Positions 47,523-57,024 of a stretch of 64,000 bases of DNA are shown one piece after another. The number at the start of each line of letters is the position of its first letter. The first letter of the stretch is position 1. The position numbers and the translations under genes are program-made. A model generated the notes under the pieces. The model did no database searches and was not told the DNA's origin. It saw only the letters and a list, made by a program, of their open reading frames with translations. Source of the DNA: Hyalangium minutum (GTDB lineage: Bacteria; Myxococcota; Myxococcia; Myxococcales; Myxococcaceae); NCBI RefSeq assembly GCF_000737315.1, contig NZ_JMCB01000003.1, positions 217,394 through 281,393 on the forward strand, in the 5' to 3' direction.

Positions 47523-48770
47523 TCAGAACAGCGCGTGCTCCGCGAGGAGCACCGCCAGCCCCACGATGAAGCTCAACAGCGTCACTGGCACGCCCACGCG
47601 CAGGTAGTCCAGGAAGGACATCTTCACCTTGTCGCGCGCGGCCTCGAAGACGATCAGGTTCGCCACGCTGCCAATCAACGTCAGGTTGCCCGCCAGCGTG
47701 GAGCACAGCGCCAGCACGTGCCAGCCCAGCTCCGGGTCCTGCAGCGTCGGAACCCACGTGCGCGCCAGCATCACGAACGGCACGTTGCTGAACAGGTTCG
47801 ACGCCACCAGCGTCAGCGCCGCGAACCCCAGCGTCTCCCGCCACGGTGGCCCCGCCATCAACGGCGCGAACAGCGCCCGCAGCTCCTCCGTCCAGCCGTA
47901 CTTGTTCACCCCGTACACCACGATGAACAGGCTGGCGAAGAACACCAGCAGCACGAAGTCCACTCGCTCCATGATGGCCCGAGGCTCTCGGCGCGCCATG
48001 GCCATCACCACCGCCGCTCCCGTCAGCGCGCTCCAGCTCATGGAGAAGCCCGCGAAGAAGGCCACCACCACCGCCGCCATCACCGCCACCGTCAGCACCA
48101 TCAGCGGTCGATCCACCGGAGGCGGCTGCGGCTGCGGCTCGAAGCGCTTCGTGGGCAGCTCCTTGCGGAACAGGTACAGCAGCATTGCGATGACAATCCC
48201 CGTGGACAGGATCGCCGGCAGCGCCATGTACGCGGCGAAGCTCGCGTAGGACAGCTTCGAGGCCCCCTGAATCAGCATGTTCTGCGGGTTGCCCGTGAAC
48301 GTGGCCACCGAGCCGCTGTTGGAGCCCATGCACACCGCCAGCAGGTACGGCACGGGCGGCAGGCGCGCGTCCTCCACCACCACCAGCACCAGCGGCGTCA
48401 GCATCAGGCACACGGTGTCATTCACCAGGAACGCGGACAGGAGCGCGCTGATCCCCGTCACCGCCGCCAGCAGCAGCCGGGGCGTGTGCGCCAGCCGCAC
48501 CGTGTGGGCCCCCGCCGTCCGGAAGAACGCCGCCTGCGCCAGGTACGCCGCCAGCAGCATCATCCCCAGCAGCAGGACGATCGTGTCCAGATCCACCGCG
48601 TGCCGCGAGACGTCCTCGCTGTGGTTGAAGACCTCGGCGGGGGTGACGACGCCCAGGACCACCATGAGCACGGCACCCAGCAGGGCGCCGCCCGGCCGAT
48701 CCAGCTTCAGGAACGGGAGGCGCGCCCCGGCAATGAACACATACGTCAGCAAGAAGATGGCGAGGGCCAC
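47523..48770 (-). CDS. ArsB/NhaD-superfamily anion permease (YbiR/P-protein-like transporter), 415 aa, polytopic.
   Basis: It has 10+ hydrophobic helices. GNPQNMLI and SNLFSNVP motifs are typical of the ArsB/NhaD/CitMHS permease superfamily. It uses a GTG start (an in-frame TAG lies 10 codons upstream). Confidence 0.75.
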   Translation of the reverse strand: MALAIFLLTYVFIAGARLPFLKLDRPGGALLGAVLMVVLGVVTPAEVFNHSEDVSRHAVDLDTIVLLLGMMLLAAYLAQAAFFRTAGAHTVRLAHTPRLLLAAVTGISALLSAFLVNDTVCLMLTPLVLVVVEDARLPPVPYLLAVCMGSNSGSVATFTGNPQNMLIQGASKLSYASFAAYMALPAILSTGIVIAMLLYLFRKELPTKRFEPQPQPPPVDRPLMVLTVAVMAAVVVAFFAGFSMSWSALTGAAVVMAMARREPRAIMERVDFVLLVFFASLFIVVYGVNKYGWTEELRALFAPLMAGPPWRETLGFAALTLVASNLFSNVPFVMLARTWVPTLQDPELGWHVLALCSTLAGNLTLIGSVANLIVFEAARDKVKMSFLDYLRVGVPVTLLSFIVGLAVLLAEHALF

Positions 48771-48838
48771 GAAGCGCGGACAGTACCCCAGGTGCTTCTG
48801 CTACGCTGCAATCCTCACGCATCGCCTCAAGGGACATC

Positions 48839-49915
48839 ATGACCGGCACCAGCCGGCCCGAAGAGGGGCCGGTGCAGCTCGACGGCAGCGAAGGGGAGGG
48901 GGGAGGGCAGATCCTCCGCTCGGCGCTCGCCCTGTCGCTCATCACCGGCCGCCCGTTCCACCTCACCCGCCTGCGTGAGCGCAGGGATCCCCCCGGCCTG
49001 CGCCCTCAGCACCTGGCCTGCGTGCGAGGCGCCGAGGCCCTCAGCTCCAGCACCAGCGTGGGCGCCGTCCTGGGCGGCTCAGAGCTGTCCTTCACCCCCG
49101 GCCCCGTGCGTCCCGGCGACTACGTACTGGAGGTGGGCACTGCAGGCAGCACCCCGTTGCTCTTCCAGTGCCTCTTCTTCCCATTGGCCCTGGCCGGAGG
49201 CGGGAGCCTCACCCTGCGCGGCGGCACGCACCTGCCGCACAGCCCCAGCTACCACTACCTCGCCAACGTCTGGCTGCCGGTGATGCACGCCTATGGGTTC
49301 CCGGCCGCGCTCCGGCTGACGCACGCCGGCTTCTACCCAGAGGGTGGCGGAGAGTTTCAAGGAGAGATCTCGGCTCCGGCCGAGCCGCCCCGGCTCGTGG
49401 ATCTGCCCACGCGCGGCATGCTGCAGGACATCACCGTCAGCACCTTCGTGGGGGGCCTGCCGTTCACCATCGCCGATCGCCAGTCCCGTGCCGCCGAGGC
49501 CGCCTTGCGTGAGCGGGGGCTCTACAGCCTCGTGCAGAACCGGGCCTTGCCCGTGGCGGGCTCTGCCGGAACCGTCACTTTCATCCTGGCGCAGTTCGAG
49601 AACACCTTCGCGGGCTTCACCGCCATCGGTGAGCGCGGACGGCCCGCAGAGGAAGTGGGGCGCGAGGCCGCTGACGCCGTGGCCCGCTTCATGGAATCCG
49701 CCGGCGCCATCGACGAGCACCTGGGGGATCAGATCCTGCTCCCGGCGGCGCTGCTGGCCTCGGGGCGGCTGGGCCCGGCCTCACCGGGAACCACGCGCTT
49801 CACGGCCGCGAAGGTCACCGAGCACCTGACGACGCACGCACGGGTCCTCGAGCGCTTCCTGCCAGTCAAAGTGACGGTGGAGCCGGGCGGTACGGTGGAG
49901 GTCCGCCCGGCTTGA
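48839..49915 (+). CDS. rtcA: RNA 3'-terminal phosphate cyclase.
   Basis: LDGSEGEGGGQILRSALALSLITGRPFHLTRLRERRDPPGLRPQHLACVRGAEAL matches the RtcA N-terminal signature (GS.GEGGGQILR...R..PGL..QH). The 358-aa length fits. Confidence 0.9.
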   Translation: MTGTSRPEEGPVQLDGSEGEGGGQILRSALALSLITGRPFHLTRLRERRDPPGLRPQHLACVRGAEALSSSTSVGAVLGGSELSFTPGPVRPGDYVLEVGTAGSTPLLFQCLFFPLALAGGGSLTLRGGTHLPHSPSYHYLANVWLPVMHAYGFPAALRLTHAGFYPEGGGEFQGEISAPAEPPRLVDLPTRGMLQDITVSTFVGGLPFTIADRQSRAAEAALRERGLYSLVQNRALPVAGSAGTVTFILAQFENTFAGFTAIGERGRPAEEVGREAADAVARFMESAGAIDEHLGDQILLPAALLASGRLGPASPGTTRFTAAKVTEHLTTHARVLERFLPVKVTVEPGGTVEVRPA

Positions 49916-49963
49916 CACGGAAACGGTGTCTTGCAGCTTCAGGCCCGGGTAGCCGGGTGAGGC

Positions 49964-50311
49964 TCAGGACTCTTCTTCGCCCTCGGCCGCCGCAGCCGCC
50001 GAAGTACCGAAGGAGTTCGAGTCCGCGATCTCCTTCGTCGTGTTGCGGTAGGCCCGGAGCGCGAACGGCGTGGCTGCCAGGAACACGAGCCCGGCCAGGC
50101 CGATGGCGGCCCAGGGCACCGGGGTCTCCTTGATCTGGATGTCCTTGCTATAGGCGTTCATGTTGCCCCCGAGCTGCTGAGCCTTGAGGGCGGACTTCTC
50201 CTCATCGGACATCTCGGAGGGGGGCTGGAACTCCTGCACGGGGCGGCCAGCCAGCACGGCGCTACCCGAGAGCAGGGCGGACAGGAGGACGAGTCGCGAG
50301 AGCGTACGCAT
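49964..50311 (-). CDS. Small hypothetical secreted/membrane protein (signal peptide plus C-terminal TM helix).
   Basis: MRTLSRLVLLSALLSGSAVLAGRP is a signal peptide. A later hydrophobic helix reads WAAIGLAGLVFLAATPFAL. The start is set at the second Met (signal-peptide geometry). It could begin at 50329. Confidence 0.45.
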   Translation of the reverse strand: MRTLSRLVLLSALLSGSAVLAGRPVQEFQPPSEMSDEEKSALKAQQLGGNMNAYSKDIQIKETPVPWAAIGLAGLVFLAATPFALRAYRNTTKEIADSNSFGTSAAAAAEGEEES

Positions 50312-50428
50312 GGAATCCCATCCTATCACGGGTCGGGCCCTCCATCGCCAGAGGGGACCATCGCCGCCCGTACAGCTCCATGAAAGCAGGCTTGCGTCCG
50401 TCCCAGCCGTCCATTAGGCGCGGAGCGA

Positions 50429-52144
50429 ATGCGCCTGCTCTTCGTTGGCCTCGCGAACCTGCTGCTGGGGGTGTGGACCCTGCTTGGGCTGCCCTTCCGC
50501 CTGCTTGCCTCCCGGAACCGTCCCACCTACGTCCGCTTCCGGCTCTCCGGGGAGCTGCCCTACCGTCAGCCGCGCAAGGCCCGGCGGTTTTTCTCCGGCT
50601 CGAAGCCCGAGCCCGCCACCGTCACCTCCCTGGTGGCCTTCGGTGAGTCGCTCAAACTGCTGGCCCAGGATCCTCACGTGAAGGGCATCCTCCTGGAGAT
50701 CGAGGGGCTGGAGCTCGGCTCGGCGAAGAAGGACGCGGTGGTGAAGCTGCTCACGGACTTCCGGGCGGCGGGCAAGCGGGTGGTGGGGTGGGCCGTGAGC
50801 GTGGACAACCTGGGCTACCAGATCCTCTGCGCGGCGGACGAGGTGCTGCTGGCCCCCGCCGGGAGGCTCGAGCTGGTGGGCTATGCCGCGGAGGCCACGG
50901 CGATCGGAGAGGGGCTCGCGCGCGTGGGCATCCAGGCGCACTTCGTCCGCCGGGGTGACTACAAGACGGCCCCCGAGCTCTTCACCCATGCCCATGTCTC
51001 GGACATCCAGCGCCAGACCATCGAGGGCTTCCTGGACGAGCGCTATGCCGATCTCATCGACTCGATAGCCCGGGGGCGCAAGCGCACGCCCGAGGAGGTC
51101 CGAGCAATCATCGACGTCGGCCCCTACAGCGCCCAGCGCGCGCTGGCGGCGGGACTGGTGGACGGGCTGTGCAGCGAGGCAGATCTCCCCGCCCGGCTGG
51201 ACGAGCGCAGGCGCGAGGAGAAGGACTCGGACGATGCCGAGGAGCCGATCGAGCCAATGGCGTCCTGGCTGGGCGCGCGGCCGTTCCCTCCGATGAAGTG
51301 GCGGCCAGTGAAGCGGCGGCCGAAGCTCGGGCTGGTGGTGATCTCGGGGATCATCGCCCCGGGCAAGGGCTCCAGCGGCGAGCTGGGGCCGAAGATTGCG
51401 GGCTCCGAGGCGGTGGTGAAGGCCCTGCGTGCGGCCAGCCGGGACAAGCGGGCCAAGGCGGTGGTGCTCTACATCGACAGCCCGGGGGGCTCGGCGCTGG
51501 CCTCGGAGTTGATCCTCGAGGCCGTGCAGCGGGTGGCGCGCAAGAAGCCGGTGATCGCCTACGTGGATCAAGTCTGCGCCAGCGGCGGGTACATGGCGGC
51601 GCTCGGGGCCAAGGAGATCTGGTCGGCGCCGCACGCGATCGTCGGCTCCATTGGCGTCTTCGCTGGGAAGTTCGAGGCCTCGGGGCTCATGGATCGCCTG
51701 GGCATTCGCCGGACACTGATCTCCCGAGGCGAGAACGCCGGGATCTTCTCCACCTCGCGAGGCTTCACCCCGCACGAGCGCGCCGCGCTGGAGGCGGAGG
51801 TGGAGGAGACGTACCAGGCCTTCCTCGCCCACGTGGCCAAGGCCCGCGGGAAGACGAAGGAGGAGATCCACACTCGCGCCGAGGGCCGCGTGTACTCGGG
51901 CACGCGCGCGCTGGCAGCGGGGCTGGTGGACCGCGCGGGAAGCTTCGAGGAGGTGTGCCGCCATGCGCTCGACCTGGCGAAGGTACCTCCCGGCAAGTTC
52001 GACGTGGGGCTGTACGCCACGCCCGATAGAGGGCTCTCCCTGCTGCAGATCCTCCTGAGCCTGTCTGGCGCTCACCTCTATGCACTGTGCCCCTCCGCCT
52101 GGTCTCTCATGGGAGGGAAGGCAGGCAGGCGATTCGAGGGGTAG
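50429..52144 (+). CDS. sppA: Signal peptide peptidase SppA (protease IV), 67K type.
   Basis: Two ClpP/crotonase-like halves are present. The catalytic region reads YIDSPGGSALASELILEAV...KPVIAYVDQVCASGGYMAALGAKEIWSAPHAIVGSIGVFAG. It has an N-terminal TM helix. Confidence 0.9.
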   Translation: MRLLFVGLANLLLGVWTLLGLPFRLLASRNRPTYVRFRLSGELPYRQPRKARRFFSGSKPEPATVTSLVAFGESLKLLAQDPHVKGILLEIEGLELGSAKKDAVVKLLTDFRAAGKRVVGWAVSVDNLGYQILCAADEVLLAPAGRLELVGYAAEATAIGEGLARVGIQAHFVRRGDYKTAPELFTHAHVSDIQRQTIEGFLDERYADLIDSIARGRKRTPEEVRAIIDVGPYSAQRALAAGLVDGLCSEADLPARLDERRREEKDSDDAEEPIEPMASWLGARPFPPMKWRPVKRRPKLGLVVISGIIAPGKGSSGELGPKIAGSEAVVKALRAASRDKRAKAVVLYIDSPGGSALASELILEAVQRVARKKPVIAYVDQVCASGGYMAALGAKEIWSAPHAIVGSIGVFAGKFEASGLMDRLGIRRTLISRGENAGIFSTSRGFTPHERAALEAEVEETYQAFLAHVAKARGKTKEEIHTRAEGRVYSGTRALAAGLVDRAGSFEEVCRHALDLAKVPPGKFDVGLYATPDRGLSLLQILLSLSGAHLYALCPSAWSLMGGKAGRRFEG

Positions 52145-52146
52145 GG

Positions 52147-52172
52147 GGGGCCCGCCCAGACATACGGGCCCC
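52147..52172 (+). terminator. GC-rich hairpin immediately after the sppA stop (7-bp stem GGGGCCC/GGGCCCC, 12-nt loop), with no U-tract.
   Basis: ggggccc gcccagacatac gggcccc starts 3 nt after TAG 52142-52144. It may be a factor-dependent or non-canonical terminator. Weak call. Confidence 0.25.
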
Positions 52173-52253
52173 TGATCGACGCGCTGCGCAAAAGGATACG
52201 TTCACTTTCAGGCAATTCCGCTATCCTCCCGGTAGGAGGGCCCCCGCCAGACC

Positions 52254-53414
52254 ATGAACGTCGTCTTCATCTCGCCGCACTTTCCCCCTCACTTCGTGCA
52301 CTTCGTCAGCGCGCTTCGCGAGCGCGGCATCCACGTGTTGGGGATCGGGGACGCTCCGTATGACACCTTGCAGCAAGAGCTGCGCACCGTGTTGACGGAG
52401 TACTACTTCACGCCCCGGCTCAGTGACGCAGAGGCGATGTTGCGCGCGGTCGGCTACTTCACCTGGCGCTACGGCCGCATTCACCGCATCGACTCGCTCA
52501 ACGAGACGTGGCTGGAGGTCGAGGCCTACCTGCGTGAGGACTTTCACGTGCCAGGCCTGCTGCCCTCGGAGGTGCGCCAGCTGCGCTCGAAGCTGGGCAT
52601 GCACGATCTCTTCAAGGCAGCCGGTATTCCGCACCCGGACGCGATCGCCGCCCAGGACGCCGCCACCGTGAAGGCCTTTGGCCAGAAGGTGGGCTATCCG
52701 CTCGTGCTCAAGCCGGACGTGGGCGTGGGCGCCGCCGACACCTTCACCGTGAAGAGTGACGCGGACGTGGACGCGGCGTTCTCCAAGCCGCTGCAGGGCT
52801 ACGCGGCGCAGAAGTTCGTGAAGGGCACCATCGTCACCTACGACGGCATGGTGGATGGGAACGGCAAGATCGTCTGCTCGTTCAGCCACGAGTACAGCAC
52901 CGGCATCATGGAGTCGGTGCTCGAGCAGCGCGACATCTCCATCTGGAGCCAGCGTGAGCTGCCGCCAGCGCTCGAGGAGATGGGCCGCAAGACGCTCGAC
53001 GCGCTCGGGCTTCGAGAGCGCTGGTTCCACCTGGAGTTCTTCCGTCTGGAGGATGGGAGCTACGCCGCACTGGAGGCCAACCTGCGTCCGCCAGGGGCCT
53101 TCTTGATGGACATGATGAACTACGCCTGCGACATCGACGTGTACCGGCTGTGGGCGCGGATGATCTCCGGCGAGACCGTGAGCGACTTTCAGTACAGCCG
53201 CAAGTACCACGTGTGTCACACGTCCCGCCGGGCGGGACGTACGTACAAATATCCGCACGCGGAGGTGGTGTCCCGGCTGGGCGGCGCATTGATCGATCAC
53301 CGCGAGCTGCCGGGGGTCTTCCACAGCGCGCTGGGCACCGAGATGTACCTGTCTCGGCACCAGGAGCTGGACGCCATGCGCGAGGCCGTCCAGTTCATCC
53401 AGGCGCGGCCCTGA
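52254..53414 (+). CDS. ATP-grasp domain enzyme (carboxylate-amine ligase-like), 386 aa.
   Basis: The fold layout is VVFISPHFPPHFVHF...IHVLGIGD (pre-ATP-grasp), then a central region PLVLKPDVGVGAADTFTV, then C-terminal WFHLEFFRLEDGSYAALEANLRPPG, typical of ATP-grasp_4-like proteins. Confidence 0.7.
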   Translation: MNVVFISPHFPPHFVHFVSALRERGIHVLGIGDAPYDTLQQELRTVLTEYYFTPRLSDAEAMLRAVGYFTWRYGRIHRIDSLNETWLEVEAYLREDFHVPGLLPSEVRQLRSKLGMHDLFKAAGIPHPDAIAAQDAATVKAFGQKVGYPLVLKPDVGVGAADTFTVKSDADVDAAFSKPLQGYAAQKFVKGTIVTYDGMVDGNGKIVCSFSHEYSTGIMESVLEQRDISIWSQRELPPALEEMGRKTLDALGLRERWFHLEFFRLEDGSYAALEANLRPPGAFLMDMMNYACDIDVYRLWARMISGETVSDFQYSRKYHVCHTSRRAGRTYKYPHAEVVSRLGGALIDHRELPGVFHSALGTEMYLSRHQELDAMREAVQFIQARP

Positions 53415-53438
53415 GCCGCGGGGCACGGTGCTGGCGGC

Positions 53439-54212
53439 TCAGCTCAGCAGCCAGCGCAGCGCCATGGGGAGGCGGCGCTGCCAGTCCAGCTCGTGGTGGT
53501 GGCCGTGGGGCTCCAACACGAGCGCCAGCTCGTGATCGGCGTACCCCAGGTTCTTGAGGTGGAAGTAGAAGTCCCGAGTGGCCTGTCCATAGAACATGGG
53601 CCAGCCCACGGGATCGATGTTCTCGTCCGTGCCCGCGTCCAGGTAGATGCGCGTCCAGCGCCGGGTATGGGACGTCCAGTGCTCGAAGAGCCGGCCGTAG
53701 CTCCACATCACGGAAGGCGACATGCCGCCGACGCGGCCGAACAGCTCCGGGTACCTCCACCCCAGGTAGAGCGAGATGAGGCCGCCCATGGACGAGCCCA
53801 TGACGCCAGTCCACTCGGGGCTCTGGCGCGTGGGCCAGTGGTGGTCCACGAAGGGCTTGAGGGTGTCTACGAAGAAGCGGACGTAGGGCTCCCCGCGAGC
53901 GGAGATGCGGCTGCGGGGCTCGTCCCACGGGGAGTACTCGGAGAGGCGATGGGGGGTGGAGTCGACGGCGACGATGATCCACGGCTCGGAGTGGCGCTGG
54001 TGCACCAGGGAGTCGAGCACGTGGTTGGCGCACCAAGTGTCGTAGATGGCCGACTCGTGGTGGGCGAAGACGTTCTGCCCATCGTGCATGTAGAGCACGG
54101 GATAGCGGTGGCCCGCTGAGGGGTCATACCCCTCGGGAGTGCAGATGCGCAGAGTGCGCGAGAAGCCTTCCTGAGGGGAGTAGAAGTCGCGGATGATCTG
54201 GATGGAACTCAT
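53439..54212 (-). CDS. Esterase family alpha/beta hydrolase (esterase D / enterochelin-esterase-like, PF00756-type).
   Basis: YPVLYMHDGQNVF, the nucleophile-elbow motif VMGSSMGGLISL, and the C-terminal HGHHHELDWQRRLPMALRWL are present. The start is set at MSSIQ (54212). An upstream Met at 54263 is possible. Confidence 0.8.
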   Translation of the reverse strand: MSSIQIIRDFYSPQEGFSRTLRICTPEGYDPSAGHRYPVLYMHDGQNVFAHHESAIYDTWCANHVLDSLVHQRHSEPWIIVAVDSTPHRLSEYSPWDEPRSRISARGEPYVRFFVDTLKPFVDHHWPTRQSPEWTGVMGSSMGGLISLYLGWRYPELFGRVGGMSPSVMWSYGRLFEHWTSHTRRWTRIYLDAGTDENIDPVGWPMFYGQATRDFYFHLKNLGYADHELALVLEPHGHHHELDWQRRLPMALRWLLS

Positions 54213-54241
54213 GAGGGGGAACCCGGCGGCCCGCACGATAG

Positions 54242-55342
54242 ATGGGGGCTTTGCTCTATCCAATGGCTAAGCTTGCCCCCATGTCCTGTGTGCACTGTGG
54301 CCAACCTCTGCCGGAGGCAGAGAGTCGCACCTGCCCCCACTGTGGGAAGCCCGTGGAGCGCTCGGAGGCTCGGCTGCCACCCGAGGTAGCGAAGGCGGCC
54401 GCCACCGCCGCGGACGCGGCCCGGCGCGCGGCGGGACATACGGGGCAGGCGGTGCAGTCCGTGCTGGAGGATCCGCGCCTGAGGGAGCGCCTCCCGGGGC
54501 GATCCTTGGCGCTGCTGGGAGCGGGGTTGGTGGCGCTGGCGGTGCTGTTGTCCGTGCTGCCGTTCTTTGGGGGGATTGGGGTGGGGTGGTCGCTGGTGAT
54601 GCTCGCGGGGAGCCTGCTCATCGGAGCGCGCGAGCTTCATGCGGCGGGGCGCACGCTTCCGGACCCGGTGGTGCAGGCGGCGCGGTGGGCCGAGCACCCG
54701 CTGTTCCTCCCGGCCTTCACGGTGCTGACGTTCGTGCACGCGATCCTGACGCTGGGCTTCGGGATCGTGCCGTTGCTGTGGCTGCTGGCGGCGGTGGTGC
54801 TGGGCTACGACCAGCGGCGGACGCTGGCTTCGTACGTAGCGGAGCAGGGCGCTCCGGCGCCCGCGGAGCGGAAGCTGGCTCGCTGGGTGCTGGGGGGCAC
54901 GCTGCTGTGCGTGGTGGCGCTGTTCTTCTCGTGGGGATACGGAGGCGGTGGCTTTTTCTCGGGAGGCATCCAGCAGGTCCACGAGCGAGACATCATCATG
55001 GACGGCTTTGGCCGGGAGCATGTGGATCGGTTCTCGTACCGCTACAACCCGATGATGAACTGGGTACCCGCGTACGCGGCGTCGGGCCGGGGTCGTCCGC
55101 TGGTGTCCGGAGTGCTGCTCGGGCTGGGTGGGTTGGTGGTGCTGACGCGGGGGCGCCGGGTTCGGTCAGCAGTGCCACCGTGGGTGCTGCCCGTGCTCGC
55201 GGGCGTCGTCACGCTCTGGGGGCTTTCTGGGCTGGCCTCCGCTCTGGGACCGTGGCTCTTCCTGGCGGGGGCGATCCTGGTCGACATCGCCGTGGTGAGA
55301 GACTTTCAGCAGCAGCGCCCGCGCTCAGGTTCGGGGAGCTAG
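54242..55342 (+). CDS. Hypothetical polytopic membrane protein with an N-terminal zinc-ribbon (CxxC...CxxC).
   Basis: MSCVHCGQPLPEAESRTCPHCGKPV is followed by at least 8 hydrophobic helices. The start is ambiguous among 54242, 54263 and 54281. Confidence 0.55.
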   Translation: MGALLYPMAKLAPMSCVHCGQPLPEAESRTCPHCGKPVERSEARLPPEVAKAAATAADAARRAAGHTGQAVQSVLEDPRLRERLPGRSLALLGAGLVALAVLLSVLPFFGGIGVGWSLVMLAGSLLIGARELHAAGRTLPDPVVQAARWAEHPLFLPAFTVLTFVHAILTLGFGIVPLLWLLAAVVLGYDQRRTLASYVAEQGAPAPAERKLARWVLGGTLLCVVALFFSWGYGGGGFFSGGIQQVHERDIIMDGFGREHVDRFSYRYNPMMNWVPAYAASGRGRPLVSGVLLGLGGLVVLTRGRRVRSAVPPWVLPVLAGVVTLWGLSGLASALGPWLFLAGAILVDIAVVRDFQQQRPRSGSGS

Positions 55343-55365
55343 GCTCCCCGGTCTTCCGGGGAGGC

Positions 55366-56862
55366 TCAGAGCACTTCGGAGAGACACGTGCTCTGCAGCG
55401 GCACGGACCAGAGCTGCCCGGCCTGCGTGTCGTCGTAGGCGCCGAAGTAAACGCGCTCCCCGACGCGCATGAACGAGCGAGGGTAGGCGCTCTCCCCGCC
55501 AGGACCGATGTCCCGCAGCCGCTGCGTGCCGGCGGCCGTCCCGTCACTCACCCAGGGCTCGATGCCAGTGGCCGGCTCGTAGGCGCTGAAGAAGACGAGC
55601 CCGCTGCCAAGAGCGTAGATCGGTGAGGAGTACTCATCCGAGAGGCTCAGCGGTCGCCGCAGGAGCTTCGTCCCGCCCTGTGTCCCATCTGTCACCCACA
55701 GCTGGGTGTCGCGGGGCGCCGGGCCCGTGCTGCCGATTCCGATGGAGAAGAAGATCTTCCCCTCCGTGCGAGAGACGTCCTGCAAGAATGGGATCGCGTC
55801 GGGCTGACCCGCGTAGGGGTTGGGCACGGTCGCAATGTACTCGCGGCTCGAGGCGACGCCCGTGCGCAGCCGGTACACCCGCATCCACTGCAAATCCGTG
55901 TCTGAGAGCGTGAGGTACACGTACTCTCCGAGCGAGCCCAAGAGCCGGGCGGTGGGGTTGGGGCCGAAGGTGTACAGGCGCAGGGTGCCGCCCGATGTTC
56001 CGTCCGTCTGCCAGACCTCGGTGTTGTTCCCATCGAGCACGGTGAAGAAGGCCCTTCGGCCCTCGTTGCGCATGTCGAGCACGTTCACCTGTCCACTGTC
56101 GATGAGTTGGAGAAGGCCCGTGCCTGCCGCCGTACCATCCGTCTTCCACAACTCGGTGCCCCGGGTAGGGTGGGTGACGATGAAGAGTGCGGCGGTGTCC
56201 AGCCGGATATTCTTCCAGCTCACGGACGAGCCCGCCCCCAGATCCACTAGGCGCTGAGTGCCTGCGGCGGTGCCATCGGACCGCCACAGCTCCGACCTTT
56301 CCGCCTGGGTGGCCGAGCCGGGAACGAGCCGGGCGAAGACGAGCGTGCTGCCCACGCGAGAGAGAGGTCTCAGGTTCGAACCTTCGGAGCCAGGAGTGAT
56401 CTCCCTCACGAGCCTCGTCCCGCCGGGCGTGCCGTCCGTCGCCCACAGCTCGCTGCCCGTGGCGGCCTCAGTGGCCAGGAAGAAGAGCGTGTCTTCTGCA
56501 GGGGTTAGCTCGCCCACCCGAGCGAAGGTCCAGGGAGGCAGGGCTGCGAAGCCCTTCACCTCGGTGGTGGTGGCGCCGGTGCCAGCGCTCTTCCACAGCG
56601 CCGTGCGGCCATCCTCGAAGTTCAGGGCGAAGTAGAGCTGGCCCCGAAACTCCACCAAGCTCTCCGGCATCGCCGCATACCGGGGAATGTTCTCGGAGGG
56701 TGGGAGAACGGTCTTCACACGCTGGGCTTCACCGGCGGGAGCGCACGACCCGGCGGCTGTCTCGGCTGCCTGGCCCTCGTCCCACGCGCCCTCGTCTGGC
56801 AGCGCTCCACCACACCCGATCGCCAACCCACACATCACCAGTCCTGCACGCCACGCCTGCAT
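55366..56862 (-). CDS. ELWxxDGT-repeat lipoprotein (predicted beta-propeller).
   Basis: About 8 repeats of ELW(K/A/R)(S/T)DGT..GT.LV are present (ELWATDGTPGGTRLV, ELWRSDGTAAGTQRLV, ELWKTDGTAAGTGLL, EVWQTDGTSGGTLRL, QLWVTDGTQGGTKLL, EPWVSDGTAAGTQRL). MQAWRAGLVMCGLAIGCGG is a signal peptide with a lipobox. GGAGAG lies 8 nt upstream of the ATG at 56862. Confidence 0.8.
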   Translation of the reverse strand: MQAWRAGLVMCGLAIGCGGALPDEGAWDEGQAAETAAGSCAPAGEAQRVKTVLPPSENIPRYAAMPESLVEFRGQLYFALNFEDGRTALWKSAGTGATTTEVKGFAALPPWTFARVGELTPAEDTLFFLATEAATGSELWATDGTPGGTRLVREITPGSEGSNLRPLSRVGSTLVFARLVPGSATQAERSELWRSDGTAAGTQRLVDLGAGSSVSWKNIRLDTAALFIVTHPTRGTELWKTDGTAAGTGLLQLIDSGQVNVLDMRNEGRRAFFTVLDGNNTEVWQTDGTSGGTLRLYTFGPNPTARLLGSLGEYVYLTLSDTDLQWMRVYRLRTGVASSREYIATVPNPYAGQPDAIPFLQDVSRTEGKIFFSIGIGSTGPAPRDTQLWVTDGTQGGTKLLRRPLSLSDEYSSPIYALGSGLVFFSAYEPATGIEPWVSDGTAAGTQRLRDIGPGGESAYPRSFMRVGERVYFGAYDDTQAGQLWSVPLQSTCLSEVL

Positions 56863-57024
56863 GTCCGCTCTCTCCTCTTGGGGGTGGCGCCAAGGTTTGA
56901 AGCGAACCGGAATATGTCCAGTGTCCGCGCCAAGACGGGTTAAACGCCTGACCCTGGCCCGAGCGAGCACTCCACCGTTCTTGCCTCCCTCCTGCCACAC
57001 GCCCGGTGCTACGCTGCCGCACGC

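Noticed and set aside
49916-49963. Short hairpins (GACAC-N7-GTGTC and CCCGG-GTAG-CCGGG) between convergent rtcA and the small membrane protein gene. They were considered as a bidirectional terminator.
   Set aside because: Stems are only 5 bp, with no U-tract on either strand. Too weak to call.
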